Origin: a bacterium
GTDB taxonomy: Bacteria > Armatimonadota > Zipacnadia > Zipacnadales > Zipacnadaceae
Direction: 5' to 3'
Assembly: GCA_030603495.1 (NCBI GenBank)
Contig: JAUVXR010000013.1
Location: 1,133 to 65,132 of the forward strand
DNA length: 64,000 nucleotides
Below are positions 45,331 through 55,050 of this stretch, piece by piece. Positions within the stretch are counted from its first letter, which is position 1. Each line of letters begins with the position of its first letter. Both the position numbers and the translations under genes were made by a program. The notes below the pieces were generated by a model that made no database searches, was not told the DNA's origin, and saw nothing but the letters and a program-made list of their open reading frames with translations.

Positions 45331-45828
45331 TCACTCTCCCACGCGCCGCAATGTGGGATCAGCGGGCCGGGCCGCCTCGGCAGCAGTGCGTCCGTCAGGT
45401 AGCACCAAGTCGGGGGCAATCTCCGCGAGCGGCACAAGCACAAACTGGCGGTGGAGAATCTGGGGATGAGGTATCTTCAGGTCGGGCTCGTCTACTGTCT
45501 CATCGCCATAGAGCAGGATGTCAATATCAATGGACCGCGGGCCCCAGTGCTGAGCGCGCACGCGGCCTATCTCCTTTTCTATCCCCTGGACTATCGATAG
45601 CAATCGCCGCGCTGAGCAGATCACCTGTACCTCGGCTACCTGATTAAGAAAATCCGATTGGTCCTGGGGACCAACCGGAGCACTCTCGTACACAGACGAA
45701 GTGCTATCAATCTCGATTTCCGGTACTTCCGCCAGCCGCCGGCGCGCGTCTTTGATGTTGCGGGCGCGGTCGCTGAGATTGCTGCCCAGGCTGAGGTAGC
45801 AGGTGACAGGACTGGTCACTGTTTCCAC
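45331..45828 (-). CDS. folK: 2-amino-4-hydroxy-6-hydroxymethyldihydropteridine diphosphokinase
   Basis: YLSLGSNL, DFLNQV, WGPRSIDIDIL, IPHP, FVLVPL; start approximate. Confidence 0.95.
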   Translation of the reverse strand: METVTSPVTCYLSLGSNLSDRARNIKDARRRLAEVPEIEIDSTSSVYESAPVGPQDQSDFLNQVAEVQVICSARRLLSIVQGIEKEIGRVRAQHWGPRSIDIDILLYGDETVDEPDLKIPHPQILHRQFVLVPLAEIAPDLVLPDGRTAAEAARPADPTLRRVGE

Positions 45829-45832
45829 GACC

Positions 45833-47797
45833 TCAAGGCGTCTCGGGCAAGGGGCGCCGCGGCACAACCTCCGGGGCTGGTTGAGGGGCCTCGGGCTGCC
45901 GCTCGGGCTGGGGCTCGCGCTCGCCCACCTCTTCAGCCTTAGGCTCGGCGGCTTCCTGGGGCAGTTCGCCGCGCTCGAGCAGCGCCTCGACCTGTGCCAT
46001 CGTCAGCGTCTCGTGCTCGAGGAGGGCCTCGACGAGCAGATCCAGCTTGTCCCGATTTTGGCGGAGGATATCCGTGGCGCGCTGCTGGGCCTCCCCTACC
46101 AGGCGGTGGACCTCCTCGTCAATCTTCTGGGCAGCATCCTCGGAGTAGTTGCGCTCTTCGGTGAACTCCTTGCCCAGGAAGACCGGCCCCGTGTGACGTC
46201 CATAAGTAATCGGCCCGAGCTCTTCACTCATTCCATATTCAGTGACCATCTGCCGGGCGAGCTTGCTGACCTTCTCCAGATCATTGGCGGCGCCGGTAGT
46301 GATATCCCCGAATACCAGCTCTTCGGCAGCTCGGCCGCCCAGGGCCTGAGTGATCTGGTCGTGCAATTCCGTGGCAAACATCATATAGCGATCATCTTCG
46401 GGTAGGTTGAGCGTATAGCCGAGGGCCATGCCCCGTGGCAGGATACTGATCTTGTACGTCTTATCGAAGCCGGGCAACATACTGCCAACCAGCGCGTGGC
46501 CGGCTTCGTGGTAGGCCAGGACCCGGCGTTGGTCTTCGCTCATCACGCGACTCTTGCGCTCGGGCCCGGCCAAGATGCGCTCGACTGCCTCGTCGAGTTC
46601 AGGCATATCAATTTGCTTTTTGTGGCGACGGGCGGCGAGCAACGCGGCCTCGTTGACCAGGTTCTCCAGGTCCGCTCCCGAGAAGCCGGGCGTGCGCTTG
46701 GCCAGGACGGCGGGCAAGACTTCCTCTCCCATGGGCTTGTCTTTCATATACAGCTCCAGGATCGCCTGGCGCTCCCTGACATCGGGATTCGGCACAACCA
46801 CTTGCCGGTCGAAGCGGCCGGGGCGGAGCAGGGCCGGGTCGAGGATGTCGGGCCGATTGGTCGCGGCCAAAATGATGATATCGGCGTTGGGATCGAAGCC
46901 ATCCATCTCCACCAGCAAGGCGTTGAGCGTCTGCTCCCGCTCGTCGTGGCCGCCGCCCAGTCCTGCGCCGCGCAGGCGGCCGACAGCGTCCAGCTCATCA
47001 ATGAAGATAATGGCGGGCAGGTGCTGCTTGGCTTCCTTGAACAAGTCGCGCACCCGTGATGCGCCTACGCCGACAAACATCTCGACAAAGTCGGAGCCGC
47101 TCATATAGAAGAAGGAGACGCTCGCTTGCCCGGCGACGGCTCGAGCCAGCAGGGTCTTGCCGCAGCCGGGCGGACCGACCAGCAGGACGCCACGGGGAAT
47201 CTTAGCGCCCAGGGCCCGGAAGCGCTCCGGGTCCTTGAGAAACTCCACGACCTCCTGCAGCTCTTCTTTGACCTCCTCCATGCCGGCGACTTCGTCGAAG
47301 GTCACCTGCTTCATAGCCTCGCCTAGGAGCTTGGCCTGGCTGCGGCCGAAGTTAAAGGCCTGGCCGCCTGCACCGCGCATCTGCCGGAGGATGAATATCC
47401 AGAAGACCAGTAGAATTGCTATCGGCACAATGAACGTACCCAACATGCCCAGCAAGTTGTCGGTCCAGGAGCCGGGCACCGGGGCGATCTGGACTTTAGG
47501 GTGCTCGTCTATGAGCTTGGCGATCGTCTGCGCATCCAGTTCGGCCTGCACTTTGTATTCCTCGAAGACTTGCCCGCCAGCGACGAACGCCTCCGCTGTG
47601 AATTCGCCCTCGACCCGCTTGCCGCCGGTGACGCGCATCGTCGCGATCTTGCCAGCGTCCAAGTCAGCGATGAAGTCGCTGTAGTATTCATACTCCTTAA
47701 CTGCTGGAGTCTGCCGCGACAACTTCGGGATCATGAAGAAGGCCGCCACGATCGCAGCGATAACCAGCAAGGTTACAAACGGATTGTGCCTGCTCAT
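45833..47797 (-). CDS. ftsH: ATP-dependent zinc metalloprotease FtsH
   Basis: [38 protein letters not shown]. Confidence 0.98.
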   Translation of the reverse strand: MSRHNPFVTLLVIAAIVAAFFMIPKLSRQTPAVKEYEYYSDFIADLDAGKIATMRVTGGKRVEGEFTAEAFVAGGQVFEEYKVQAELDAQTIAKLIDEHPKVQIAPVPGSWTDNLLGMLGTFIVPIAILLVFWIFILRQMRGAGGQAFNFGRSQAKLLGEAMKQVTFDEVAGMEEVKEELQEVVEFLKDPERFRALGAKIPRGVLLVGPPGCGKTLLARAVAGQASVSFFYMSGSDFVEMFVGVGASRVRDLFKEAKQHLPAIIFIDELDAVGRLRGAGLGGGHDEREQTLNALLVEMDGFDPNADIIILAATNRPDILDPALLRPGRFDRQVVVPNPDVRERQAILELYMKDKPMGEEVLPAVLAKRTPGFSGADLENLVNEAALLAARRHKKQIDMPELDEAVERILAGPERKSRVMSEDQRRVLAYHEAGHALVGSMLPGFDKTYKISILPRGMALGYTLNLPEDDRYMMFATELHDQITQALGGRAAEELVFGDITTGAANDLEKVSKLARQMVTEYGMSEELGPITYGRHTGPVFLGKEFTEERNYSEDAAQKIDEEVHRLVGEAQQRATDILRQNRDKLDLLVEALLEHETLTMAQVEALLERGELPQEAAEPKAEEVGEREPQPERQPEAPQPAPEVVPRRPLPETP

Positions 47798-47819
47798 CTA
47801 TTAGCCTCTCAATTGACTG

Positions 47820-49268
47820 TCAGCGGCACGATTCCTCAACAGGCGTTGCCGACAGCCTCAAGAACGTGCTGGTGTCTTGAGTTACTCGAAACGGCTCACC
47901 GACCCGCAGCCCCACTGCCCATATGATACGATTACGGCTATCCACAACCAAAGCAACTGCGCTGCGCTGCCGGCGCGGGACTTTTTCGTCCACGAACAGG
48001 TCCTGAAGCTTCTTGTGGCCGCTCATACCTAACGGCTGGATGGCATCGCCGGGCCGCCAGTTGCGGACCTGGAGCGGCGGGTCAACGGCATCAGCGTCCA
48101 CAACAACAGGACTGCCAACTGCATCACCGAACTCAGCCGACGATTCTGCCAGGAGTTGCGCCGCCACTGTCATTTCCGACTCCGGCACCTGTACCATACC
48201 CGGCATCGGTAGCTCGTAGGACCATTCTGCGGCGGCTTCGTTTCGCGTCGGCAGCTCGCCACTGGCAACTAGCTCAAAGTCAGTATACCCAATTGTGGCC
48301 AAGAGTCTACCCGGCAGGTGCAGTTTGGCCCCGGTCTGGCCCCTCTGTATGAGTTTGCGCAGTTCATCGTAATGAACAGTGCCAACATCGGTCGCTGCCC
48401 CGGATAACTCGACCAGCGCCCGGCGCAGGACCCGGTGAAGCAGTCCCGCCGGCATCTCGGCCAGCTTAGCTCGATTGAGCCGGACCCGGTCGTGACCCAC
48501 TTCAGCGATCTCGATGAAGGCTTCCTCTACCAGCGGCTCGGTCCAGTCCAGCTCCTCCTCTGCTGCCTGGATGAGCCGCAGGAGTACCTGCTGCGGGTCC
48601 TCGGTGTATTCCTCGGCCAGCAGCGGCAGCAGCTTCAGCCTGATCTTGTTACGCAGAAAATCGGATGGGTCAAGATTGCTCTCATCACAGCGTGCCAGTA
48701 AGCTGTTGGCGCAGCAATATTCGACTGTATCCTGGCGGCTAGTCGTAATCAGTGGGCGGATGAAGATGCCGCGCACTGGCGGAATACCGCGCAAACCATG
48801 CAAGCCACTGCCCCGCAGGATGTTTATGAGCAGCGTCTCTACCCGGTCGGAGGCAGTATGTCCCAGGGCTACTCGATCAAAGCTGTGCTCGGCAGCCAAG
48901 CCGGTCAGGAGGTGATAGCGGGCCTCTCGGCCCGCCTCCTCCAGAGACAAGCCCTCGCGCTTAGCCCAAGCGGCAACGTCTTCCCGGGCAACGAAACAGG
49001 GCAGATCCCAGTTGGCGCATAGCTCGCGGACGTAGGCTTCATCCTGGTCACTTTGCTCGCCGCGCAACTCGTGGTTGAGATGAGCCGCCGCGAGTTCGAC
49101 GCCAAGCTCCCGAGTCAACGAGCGCAGTACGTGGAGCAGAGCTACTGAGTCCGGGCCCCCTGAGACCGCCACCAGCACTTTGTCGCCGGCTTGCAACATT
49201 CGGTAGCGGTCCACTGCTTCTAAGACCTGCTGGCGCATACCGCCCGCACCACTCGCCATGGCCACCAA
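47820..49268 (-). CDS. tilS: tRNA(Ile)-lysidine synthetase
   Basis: AVSGGPDS, HLNHELRG, EEAGREARY, IRPL, RNKIR. Confidence 0.96.
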   Translation of the reverse strand: MVAMASGAGGMRQQVLEAVDRYRMLQAGDKVLVAVSGGPDSVALLHVLRSLTRELGVELAAAHLNHELRGEQSDQDEAYVRELCANWDLPCFVAREDVAAWAKREGLSLEEAGREARYHLLTGLAAEHSFDRVALGHTASDRVETLLINILRGSGLHGLRGIPPVRGIFIRPLITTSRQDTVEYCCANSLLARCDESNLDPSDFLRNKIRLKLLPLLAEEYTEDPQQVLLRLIQAAEEELDWTEPLVEEAFIEIAEVGHDRVRLNRAKLAEMPAGLLHRVLRRALVELSGAATDVGTVHYDELRKLIQRGQTGAKLHLPGRLLATIGYTDFELVASGELPTRNEAAAEWSYELPMPGMVQVPESEMTVAAQLLAESSAEFGDAVGSPVVVDADAVDPPLQVRNWRPGDAIQPLGMSGHKKLQDLFVDEKVPRRQRSAVALVVDSRNRIIWAVGLRVGEPFRVTQDTSTFLRLSATPVEESCR

Positions 49269-49273
49269 TTCCT

Positions 49274-50173
49274 CTAGCTGGACTGTCCCAGCAGCCGCTG
49301 CATCGTTTCCTGGTAAATCTCGCGAGTTCGGCCCACGACCTCGGGAGGAAGCTCAGGCCCGGGTGGCTCCTTGTCCCAGTCGAGGCTCCCCAGGTAATCG
49401 CGGACGTACTGCTTATCAAAGGACTGCTGGGGATGGCCCGGCTCCCACTTCTCGATATCCCAGTAGCGAGACGCATCGGGTGTGAAGATCTCATCGGCGA
49501 CGATCACCTCGCCGTTGATCAGGCCGAACTCGAACTTGGCGTCGGCCAGGATAAAGCCACAGCGCGCGGCATACTCAGCGCCAAACTGATACAGCTTCAG
49601 CGCTTCGTTACTGAGGTCCTCGGCGAGGCGCTGGCCGGTAATCTTGGTCGTCTCCTCCCAGGTGATGTTGATGTCATGACCGGACGGCGCTTTTGTTGCC
49701 GGGGTGAAGATCGGCTCGGGCAGCTTGTCAGCCTCCTGTAATCCTTCGGGCAGCTTGTGCCCGCAGATCTCGCCGGTTTCCTGATAGGAGTGCCATGCTG
49801 AGCCGGCCAGATAGCCGCGCACAACACATTCAACTGGTACGATCTTGGCCTTGCGCACCCACATCGTGCGGCCCCGGAGGATGTCGGCGTGTTCCGCGAC
49901 CGCCTCGGGAAAGTCCGCCACGTCGGTGGAAAGGAGATGATTGGCTACGAGATGCTCGGTCTTCTCGAACCAGAATTCGGAGATAGCAGTGAGTATCTTG
50001 CCTTTGCCAGGAATGCCGTTAGGCATGACCACATCGAAGGAAGATATCCGGTCGGTGGCGACAATAAGCAGGTTCTGGCCAAACTCGTAGATGTCTCGCA
50101 CCTTGCCGGAGCGGCGGGAGTCGGCGCCCGGCAAGTGCGTGGCCAAAATTGTCTTCTCAACGAGTTCCGCCAC
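49274..50173 (-). CDS. purC: SAICAR synthetase
   Basis: GKVRDIY, ATDRISSFD, ECVVRGY, ADAKFEFG, FDKQYVRDYL; GGAGG before GTG 50173. Confidence 0.96.
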   Translation of the reverse strand: MAELVEKTILATHLPGADSRRSGKVRDIYEFGQNLLIVATDRISSFDVVMPNGIPGKGKILTAISEFWFEKTEHLVANHLLSTDVADFPEAVAEHADILRGRTMWVRKAKIVPVECVVRGYLAGSAWHSYQETGEICGHKLPEGLQEADKLPEPIFTPATKAPSGHDINITWEETTKITGQRLAEDLSNEALKLYQFGAEYAARCGFILADAKFEFGLINGEVIVADEIFTPDASRYWDIEKWEPGHPQQSFDKQYVRDYLGSLDWDKEPPGPELPPEVVGRTREIYQETMQRLLGQSS

Positions 50174-50199
50174 AGTCGCTACCTCCTGTGATGCAACAT

Positions 50200-51285
50200 C
50201 TAAAGTTCCAGCATTGCGAGAACCGCCTCGGTCCGCGCCGGTGCCTTCTCCGGCTCGGCGGCCAGGGCGACGGCGCGATCCGGGTCCTTCAGGCCGTGGC
50301 CGGTTACCGTGCAAACGACGCTTACTGGGCCATCCTCGAAGAAGCCCTCGTGGGCCAACTTGATGACGCCAGCGACACCCGCGCCAGAGGCCGGTTCGGC
50401 GAAGATGCCCTCTTGGCTGGCCAATGCCGCGTAGGCAGCAAGAATCTCTTCGTCAGTTACACTTCTCAGCAGACCGCGGGATTCCTCAACTGCCTCCGCC
50501 GCCTCCTGCCAGCGCGCCGGGTTGCCGATGCGGATGGCGGTTGCCACGGTTTCCGGGTTCTCAATGGGCTTGCCGTGGACCATCGGGGCCGCGCCGGCAG
50601 CCTGAAAGCCAAGCATCTGCGGCAGAGAAGCGATTATCCCGCCTTGGTGGTACTCCTTGTATCCCCACCAGTAGGCGGTGATATTTCCGGCATTGCCCAC
50701 GGGCAGTGCATGGAAGTCGGGAGGGCAGCCCAGCGCGTCACATACCTCAAAAGCCGCCGTCTTCTGACCCTCGAGGCGATAGGGATTAAGCGAGTTGACT
50801 AGGACCACCGGATAGTTGTCGGTGATCTCACGGGCGATCGCCAGGCACTCGTCGAAGTTACCGGCCACCTGGATAGCGCGGGCCCCGTGGGCTAGGGCCT
50901 GGGCCAGCTTGCCCAGGGCGACATAGCCGTCGGGGATAAGCACGACTGAGGCCATCCCCGCCGCTGCTGAATAGGCCGCCGCTGCCGCAGAGGTGTTGCC
51001 GGTGGAGGCGCACATAGTGATGCGTGCGCCGTCTTCTTTGGCCTTGGAAATGGCCATTGTCATCCCCCGGTCCTTAAACGAGCCGGTGGGGTTGACGCCC
51101 TCGTACTTAAAATAGAGTTGGATGTCGCCGGGTAGGCCGGGCCCGATGCTGCGTGAGGGGATCAGGGGGGTGTCGCCTTCGAGCAAGGTCACGATCGGCG
51201 TCGCGGGGCTGACCGGCAGATGCTGCCGATATGCTTCAATTACGCCCGGCCAGCGGCCCCCAGGCCCCGTGCGCAACTCGCTCAC
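50200..51285 (-). CDS. thrC: Threonine synthase
   Basis: NPTGSFKDRG, CASTGNTS, EGQKTAAFE, PVGNAGN, TGHGLKDP. Confidence 0.96.
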   Translation of the reverse strand: MSELRTGPGGRWPGVIEAYRQHLPVSPATPIVTLLEGDTPLIPSRSIGPGLPGDIQLYFKYEGVNPTGSFKDRGMTMAISKAKEDGARITMCASTGNTSAAAAAYSAAAGMASVVLIPDGYVALGKLAQALAHGARAIQVAGNFDECLAIAREITDNYPVVLVNSLNPYRLEGQKTAAFEVCDALGCPPDFHALPVGNAGNITAYWWGYKEYHQGGIIASLPQMLGFQAAGAAPMVHGKPIENPETVATAIRIGNPARWQEAAEAVEESRGLLRSVTDEEILAAYAALASQEGIFAEPASGAGVAGVIKLAHEGFFEDGPVSVVCTVTGHGLKDPDRAVALAAEPEKAPARTEAVLAMLEL

Positions 51286-51287
51286 TG

Positions 51288-52592
51288 TTATTGCACCACC
51301 CGGATCATGCTGGGGATCTGCTTGATCACTGCCAAATCCTGGATGGCCCGCAATGCTGCCTGGAGATTCCGCTCCGGCCCACGGTGCATCACCCAGACGA
51401 TCTCGGCGACGTCGTCGCGGGAAGATTCTTGGATCACGGACTGAATGCTGACATTCTCGCTGCCCAGGACCGTAGCGATCTGCCCAAGTACGCCGGGCTG
51501 GTCGGCGACTTGCATGCGCACGTACGCACTGGTTTGGACCTCGCCCATCGGCCGTAGTCTGGCTTCGCCCTCGCAGGTGCAGGGGGCGCGGCCGCGGCTG
51601 CCGTGGGCGATGTTGCGAGCGCAGTCAATAACGTCCCCGGCTACGGCAGTACCGGTGGGCAGCGCGCCCGCGCCGCGCCCGTAGAGCATCACCTCGCCAC
51701 ATTCCGGGCCGCGTAGGAATATCGCGTTGAACACACCCCGCACCGCCGCCAGAGGGTGGTCGGCGGGAAGCAGGGCTGGATGTACGCGTAGCTCCAGCTC
51801 CTCACCTTCACGCTTGCCGATGGCGAGCAGCTTGATTACGTAGCCCATGCGGCTGGCATAGTCAATGTCGGCGGGGGTGACCTGCGCGATGCCTTCGTGG
51901 TGAATCCCTTCGACGGATATACGCTGGCCAAAGGCCAGCGCTGCCAGGATGGCCAGCTTATTGGCTGCGTCAATGCCCTCGATGTCGTCGGTAGGCTCGG
52001 CCTCAGCATAGCCCTCGGCTTGAGCAGCAGCCAATACCGGGGCAAAGTCGGCACCTTCTTCGCTCATCCTGGTAAGAATGTAATTGGTCGTACCATTGAC
52101 GATGCCAATTATCTCATCAATGCGCGCCGAGGCCAGGGTCTCCTTCAGTGACCTCAGGATCGGGATCACCCCGCCGACGCTGCCCTCGAACTGGATGTCC
52201 ACACCGTGCGCTGCAGCCAATGCCAGGAGATGCTCGCCATGCTTGGAGATCATCTCCTTATTGGGGGTAACCACGCTCTTGCCCGCTTTGATCGCCGCCG
52301 TTACGTAGTCGAGCGCCGGGGAGATTCCCCCGATGCTCTCCACAATAATGTCAATGTCCGGATCATTGATCACCCCGGAGGCGTCGGTGGTCTTGAGGGC
52401 CTCGGGGACGGAAAAGTCGCGGGGATGCTCCCAATCTATGTCACAGGCGGCGGCCACTTCGATACCCACGCCGGCCACGCGCTGGATCTGCTCGGCGTTG
52501 CCTTGGAGAATCTGGTACAGGCCTCCGCCGACCACGCCCAAGCCCAGTATGCCTACTTGCACGCAGCCGTCTCGCATCTGGAATTCACCCAC
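51288..52592 (-). CDS. hom: Homoserine dehydrogenase with ACT domain
   Basis: GLGVVG, FEGSVGGVIP, NGTTNYIL, GRGAG, DQPGVLG. Confidence 0.96.
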   Translation of the reverse strand: MGEFQMRDGCVQVGILGLGVVGGGLYQILQGNAEQIQRVAGVGIEVAAACDIDWEHPRDFSVPEALKTTDASGVINDPDIDIIVESIGGISPALDYVTAAIKAGKSVVTPNKEMISKHGEHLLALAAAHGVDIQFEGSVGGVIPILRSLKETLASARIDEIIGIVNGTTNYILTRMSEEGADFAPVLAAAQAEGYAEAEPTDDIEGIDAANKLAILAALAFGQRISVEGIHHEGIAQVTPADIDYASRMGYVIKLLAIGKREGEELELRVHPALLPADHPLAAVRGVFNAIFLRGPECGEVMLYGRGAGALPTGTAVAGDVIDCARNIAHGSRGRAPCTCEGEARLRPMGEVQTSAYVRMQVADQPGVLGQIATVLGSENVSIQSVIQESSRDDVAEIVWVMHRGPERNLQAALRAIQDLAVIKQIPSMIRVVQ

Positions 52593-52626
52593 TGCCCACC
52601 CGGCGAACTTCGACCAGGTCTCTGGG

Positions 52627-53046
52627 CTACGTTTCGATGATCATCAGCAGTTGGTCTGCGGCAACCTGTTGATTATCCTTGGCCAGGATACTGATGATTA
52701 CGCCGCTGGCCGGTGCTGGTATTTCGTTGAACAGCTTCATCGCCTCGACCAGACCGACCGCGTCACCGTACACAACTTCATCACCTACATCCACCAAAGG
52801 GTCGGCCTCCAGGGTGCCCGCCCGATAGAAGACGCCGGCAACCGGTGCAAGTACCGGGATATGATGTTCATCCAGTTCTGGCCCGGAGTGTGGTCGGTCG
52901 GCAGACGAGGTCACGACATGAGGGTCGGTCAGGGTGGCTGCGATCACCACTTGCGACTCACCCTCGCGGACCTCAATTTCGGCGAGACCTTCAGCTTCGA
53001 GCAGCTCTAGCATCCAGCGTATGTCCTCGTTGGACATACGGTTCAT
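52627..53046 (-). CDS. accB: Biotin carboxyl carrier protein
   Basis: APVAGVFY and EAMKLFNEI motifs. Confidence 0.9.
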   Translation of the reverse strand: MNRMSNEDIRWMLELLEAEGLAEIEVREGESQVVIAATLTDPHVVTSSADRPHSGPELDEHHIPVLAPVAGVFYRAGTLEADPLVDVGDEVVYGDAVGLVEAMKLFNEIPAPASGVIISILAKDNQQVAADQLLMIIET

Positions 53047-53192
53047 GACTCGGGGCTCCCTGCAGCCTGAACCTACTGGATCGAGCACTAGTCTACCTGA
53101 GACGATATCACAGATAGCACAGCCACCGTGCAGTTCACCGGCGGCCAACTGTGCCTGAGGCGTGCAACCAAGTCCAGGCAGATGAGGTAGGC

Positions 53193-53269
53193 TGGTAGCG
53201 GAGGAGGGATTCGAACCCCCGACGACGCGGGTATGAACCGCGCGCTCTAACCAACTGAGCTACTCCGCC
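53193..53269 (-). tRNA. tRNA-Met(CAT), elongator type
   Basis: GGCGGAG...CTCCGCT-ACCA, anticodon arm CGCGG-TTCATAC-CCGCG. Confidence 0.95.
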
Positions 53270-53302
53270 ACCACGCAATTCACCACTGGGCTGCCGCTGG
53301 GC

Positions 53303-53564
53303 CTATCGTCGCCTGCGGCGCTTTTTCTTGGGCTGCTCGCGCTCCCGCTGCTCGCGGGCCATTTTGCGCTGAAGCTCCTGTTCAAACTCGTGAAGAGCTG
53401 TGGTGTCCAATTTGGCTAAGGATTCGTAGTCCGTCTTCACCTTGCTCATAACTGTGGGTAAGAGCATACCGTTTTCAGCACCTGCTGTCAAGCTCGCCTA
53501 ACCATTCCCACCCGCAGCGACTACTGACAGCTGCAAACAGGCAATTGCGCTGTTGGTCGCCCAC
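53303..53564 (-). CDS. Small protein with basic tail, possibly frameshifted
   Basis: GGAGG plus GTG at 53564 is out of frame with the 53303-53491 ORF ending PKKKRRRRR. Confidence 0.4.
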
Positions 53565-53627
53565 CTGTACCTCCCCTTCCCTGGCATTTGTGGCCGTTCT
53601 CTGTTGTTGCACGCTGCTACCTGCCGC

Positions 53628-55046
53628 CTAGCGGACTAACCCCAGCCGCTGCTCCCACAGATCGCATATCTCCTCGGCTTTGGTGGCCGCAATCCCGGTG
53701 TACAGCGCTGGGTCGCGCAGCAGTGCCTGCTGCGTCTCGGTGAACTGTCTTAAGTACGGTGCCAGCTCTTCCGAGCCTTCCAGCAGCTCCACAACCGGCT
53801 GGCCCGTCTGCTGTGCCTCCAGGGTGAGCTGGCGGACGACTTCATGGGCGTCAGGATGACCATGGGCGGCTAGCAAGATGTATGCCGGCTCTGCTGCGAT
53901 CAGGCCCTCAGTCATTCGGAAGTTCTCGCGCATGCGCTGGGGATCGGTCACCAGCCGACTCATAATCTGCTGCATCCGTTTCGCGCTGGATACCAGCGCC
54001 ACGACTACTTCGGGCAGGAATCGGCCGGACGCCGAATTGGTCAGGTCGCGCTGGTGTTCACAGAGCTGGTCAGCGTACACGGTCTGCATCCGGGGCACAA
54101 ACGCCTTCCACATACTCTTGATGTTCTCGAAGTTCCACGGATTGCGCTTGTGCGGCATGGTGGACGACCCAACCTGCTTGGCCTCGAAAGCCTCGGCCAC
54201 TTCGGCGATCTCGGTGCGCTGGAGGTGGCGCATGTCGTCGGCCAGGTTCGCCACTACGCCGAGTGTCGAGATCAGCGCGTGGACGTAGTCGGTTATGAAC
54301 TCCGGCTCGACAATCTGCGTGGAATGCGGTGAAGCCTCGAGGCCAAGCTGGTCCAAGACCTCGCGCTCGAACTGCCGGGGGTCCTCGAAGAAGAGAGCAC
54401 TGGCATTATAAGCTCCTACTGCGCCGCTGATTTTGCCGCGCAGGTTATCCGCCGTCGCCTTGACCGCCTCAATGCGACCACCTAGCCGGCTGACGTGCTC
54501 CGCCATCGCGAACCCGAAGGTTATCGGCTCGGCGTGCTGGCCGTGAGTGCGGCCGATCTGGAGGGTCTGTTTCTCGCGGCGGGACAAGCCAATCAACACC
54601 TTCTCCAGTTCCAGAAGCTGCGGCACCACGGCTGCTTGGGTGACCGTCTTCAAGCGCCAGGCCGCCGCGGTATCAATGACATCAAAGCTGGTCAGGCATA
54701 GATGGATGTATGGCCGGGCTGGGGGGGGGACTTCGGCCCGCAGGACGTTGACCAGCGCGCGGATGTTGTGATGGATGCGCTGCTCCTCCGCGGCCACGGC
54801 CTCCGGCGTGACCCGCTCGGCGCCTCCCCGGACCTCCTCGGCAATATCCTGGCCGCAGATGCCCAGCTTCGCCAGCGCCTGCACTGCTGCGACCTCCACC
54901 CGCAGTTCTGCGCTGAGCCGCCCACGTTCGGTCATATACGGCCCGAGCTGCTCCTGGAGCTGGAGATCCTGGCCGTAATAGCGGAAGTCCAGCGGGCTGA
55001 CGCAGTCGAAAATTGACATCCGGCTACTGTCACTAGTTTCATTCAT
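53628..55046 (-). CDS. purB: Adenylosuccinate lyase
   Basis: SPLDFRY, GRTHGQHAEP, GSSTMPHKRNP, HQRDLTNS. Confidence 0.96.
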   Translation of the reverse strand: MNETSDSSRMSIFDCVSPLDFRYYGQDLQLQEQLGPYMTERGRLSAELRVEVAAVQALAKLGICGQDIAEEVRGGAERVTPEAVAAEEQRIHHNIRALVNVLRAEVPPPARPYIHLCLTSFDVIDTAAAWRLKTVTQAAVVPQLLELEKVLIGLSRREKQTLQIGRTHGQHAEPITFGFAMAEHVSRLGGRIEAVKATADNLRGKISGAVGAYNASALFFEDPRQFEREVLDQLGLEASPHSTQIVEPEFITDYVHALISTLGVVANLADDMRHLQRTEIAEVAEAFEAKQVGSSTMPHKRNPWNFENIKSMWKAFVPRMQTVYADQLCEHQRDLTNSASGRFLPEVVVALVSSAKRMQQIMSRLVTDPQRMRENFRMTEGLIAAEPAYILLAAHGHPDAHEVVRQLTLEAQQTGQPVVELLEGSEELAPYLRQFTETQQALLRDPALYTGIAATKAEEICDLWEQRLGLVR

Positions 55047-55050
55047 TAGC

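Noticed and set aside
53193-53269. tRNA-Ile2 or initiator identity for the CAT tRNA, and use as an integration site
   Set aside because: It lacks the initiator GGG/CCC anticodon stem and resembles elongator Met; no duplicated 3' end was noticed.
53475-53480. TGA after Cys as selenocysteine read-through
   Set aside because: The plausible continuation is in a different frame, and no SECIS-like hairpin was recognised.
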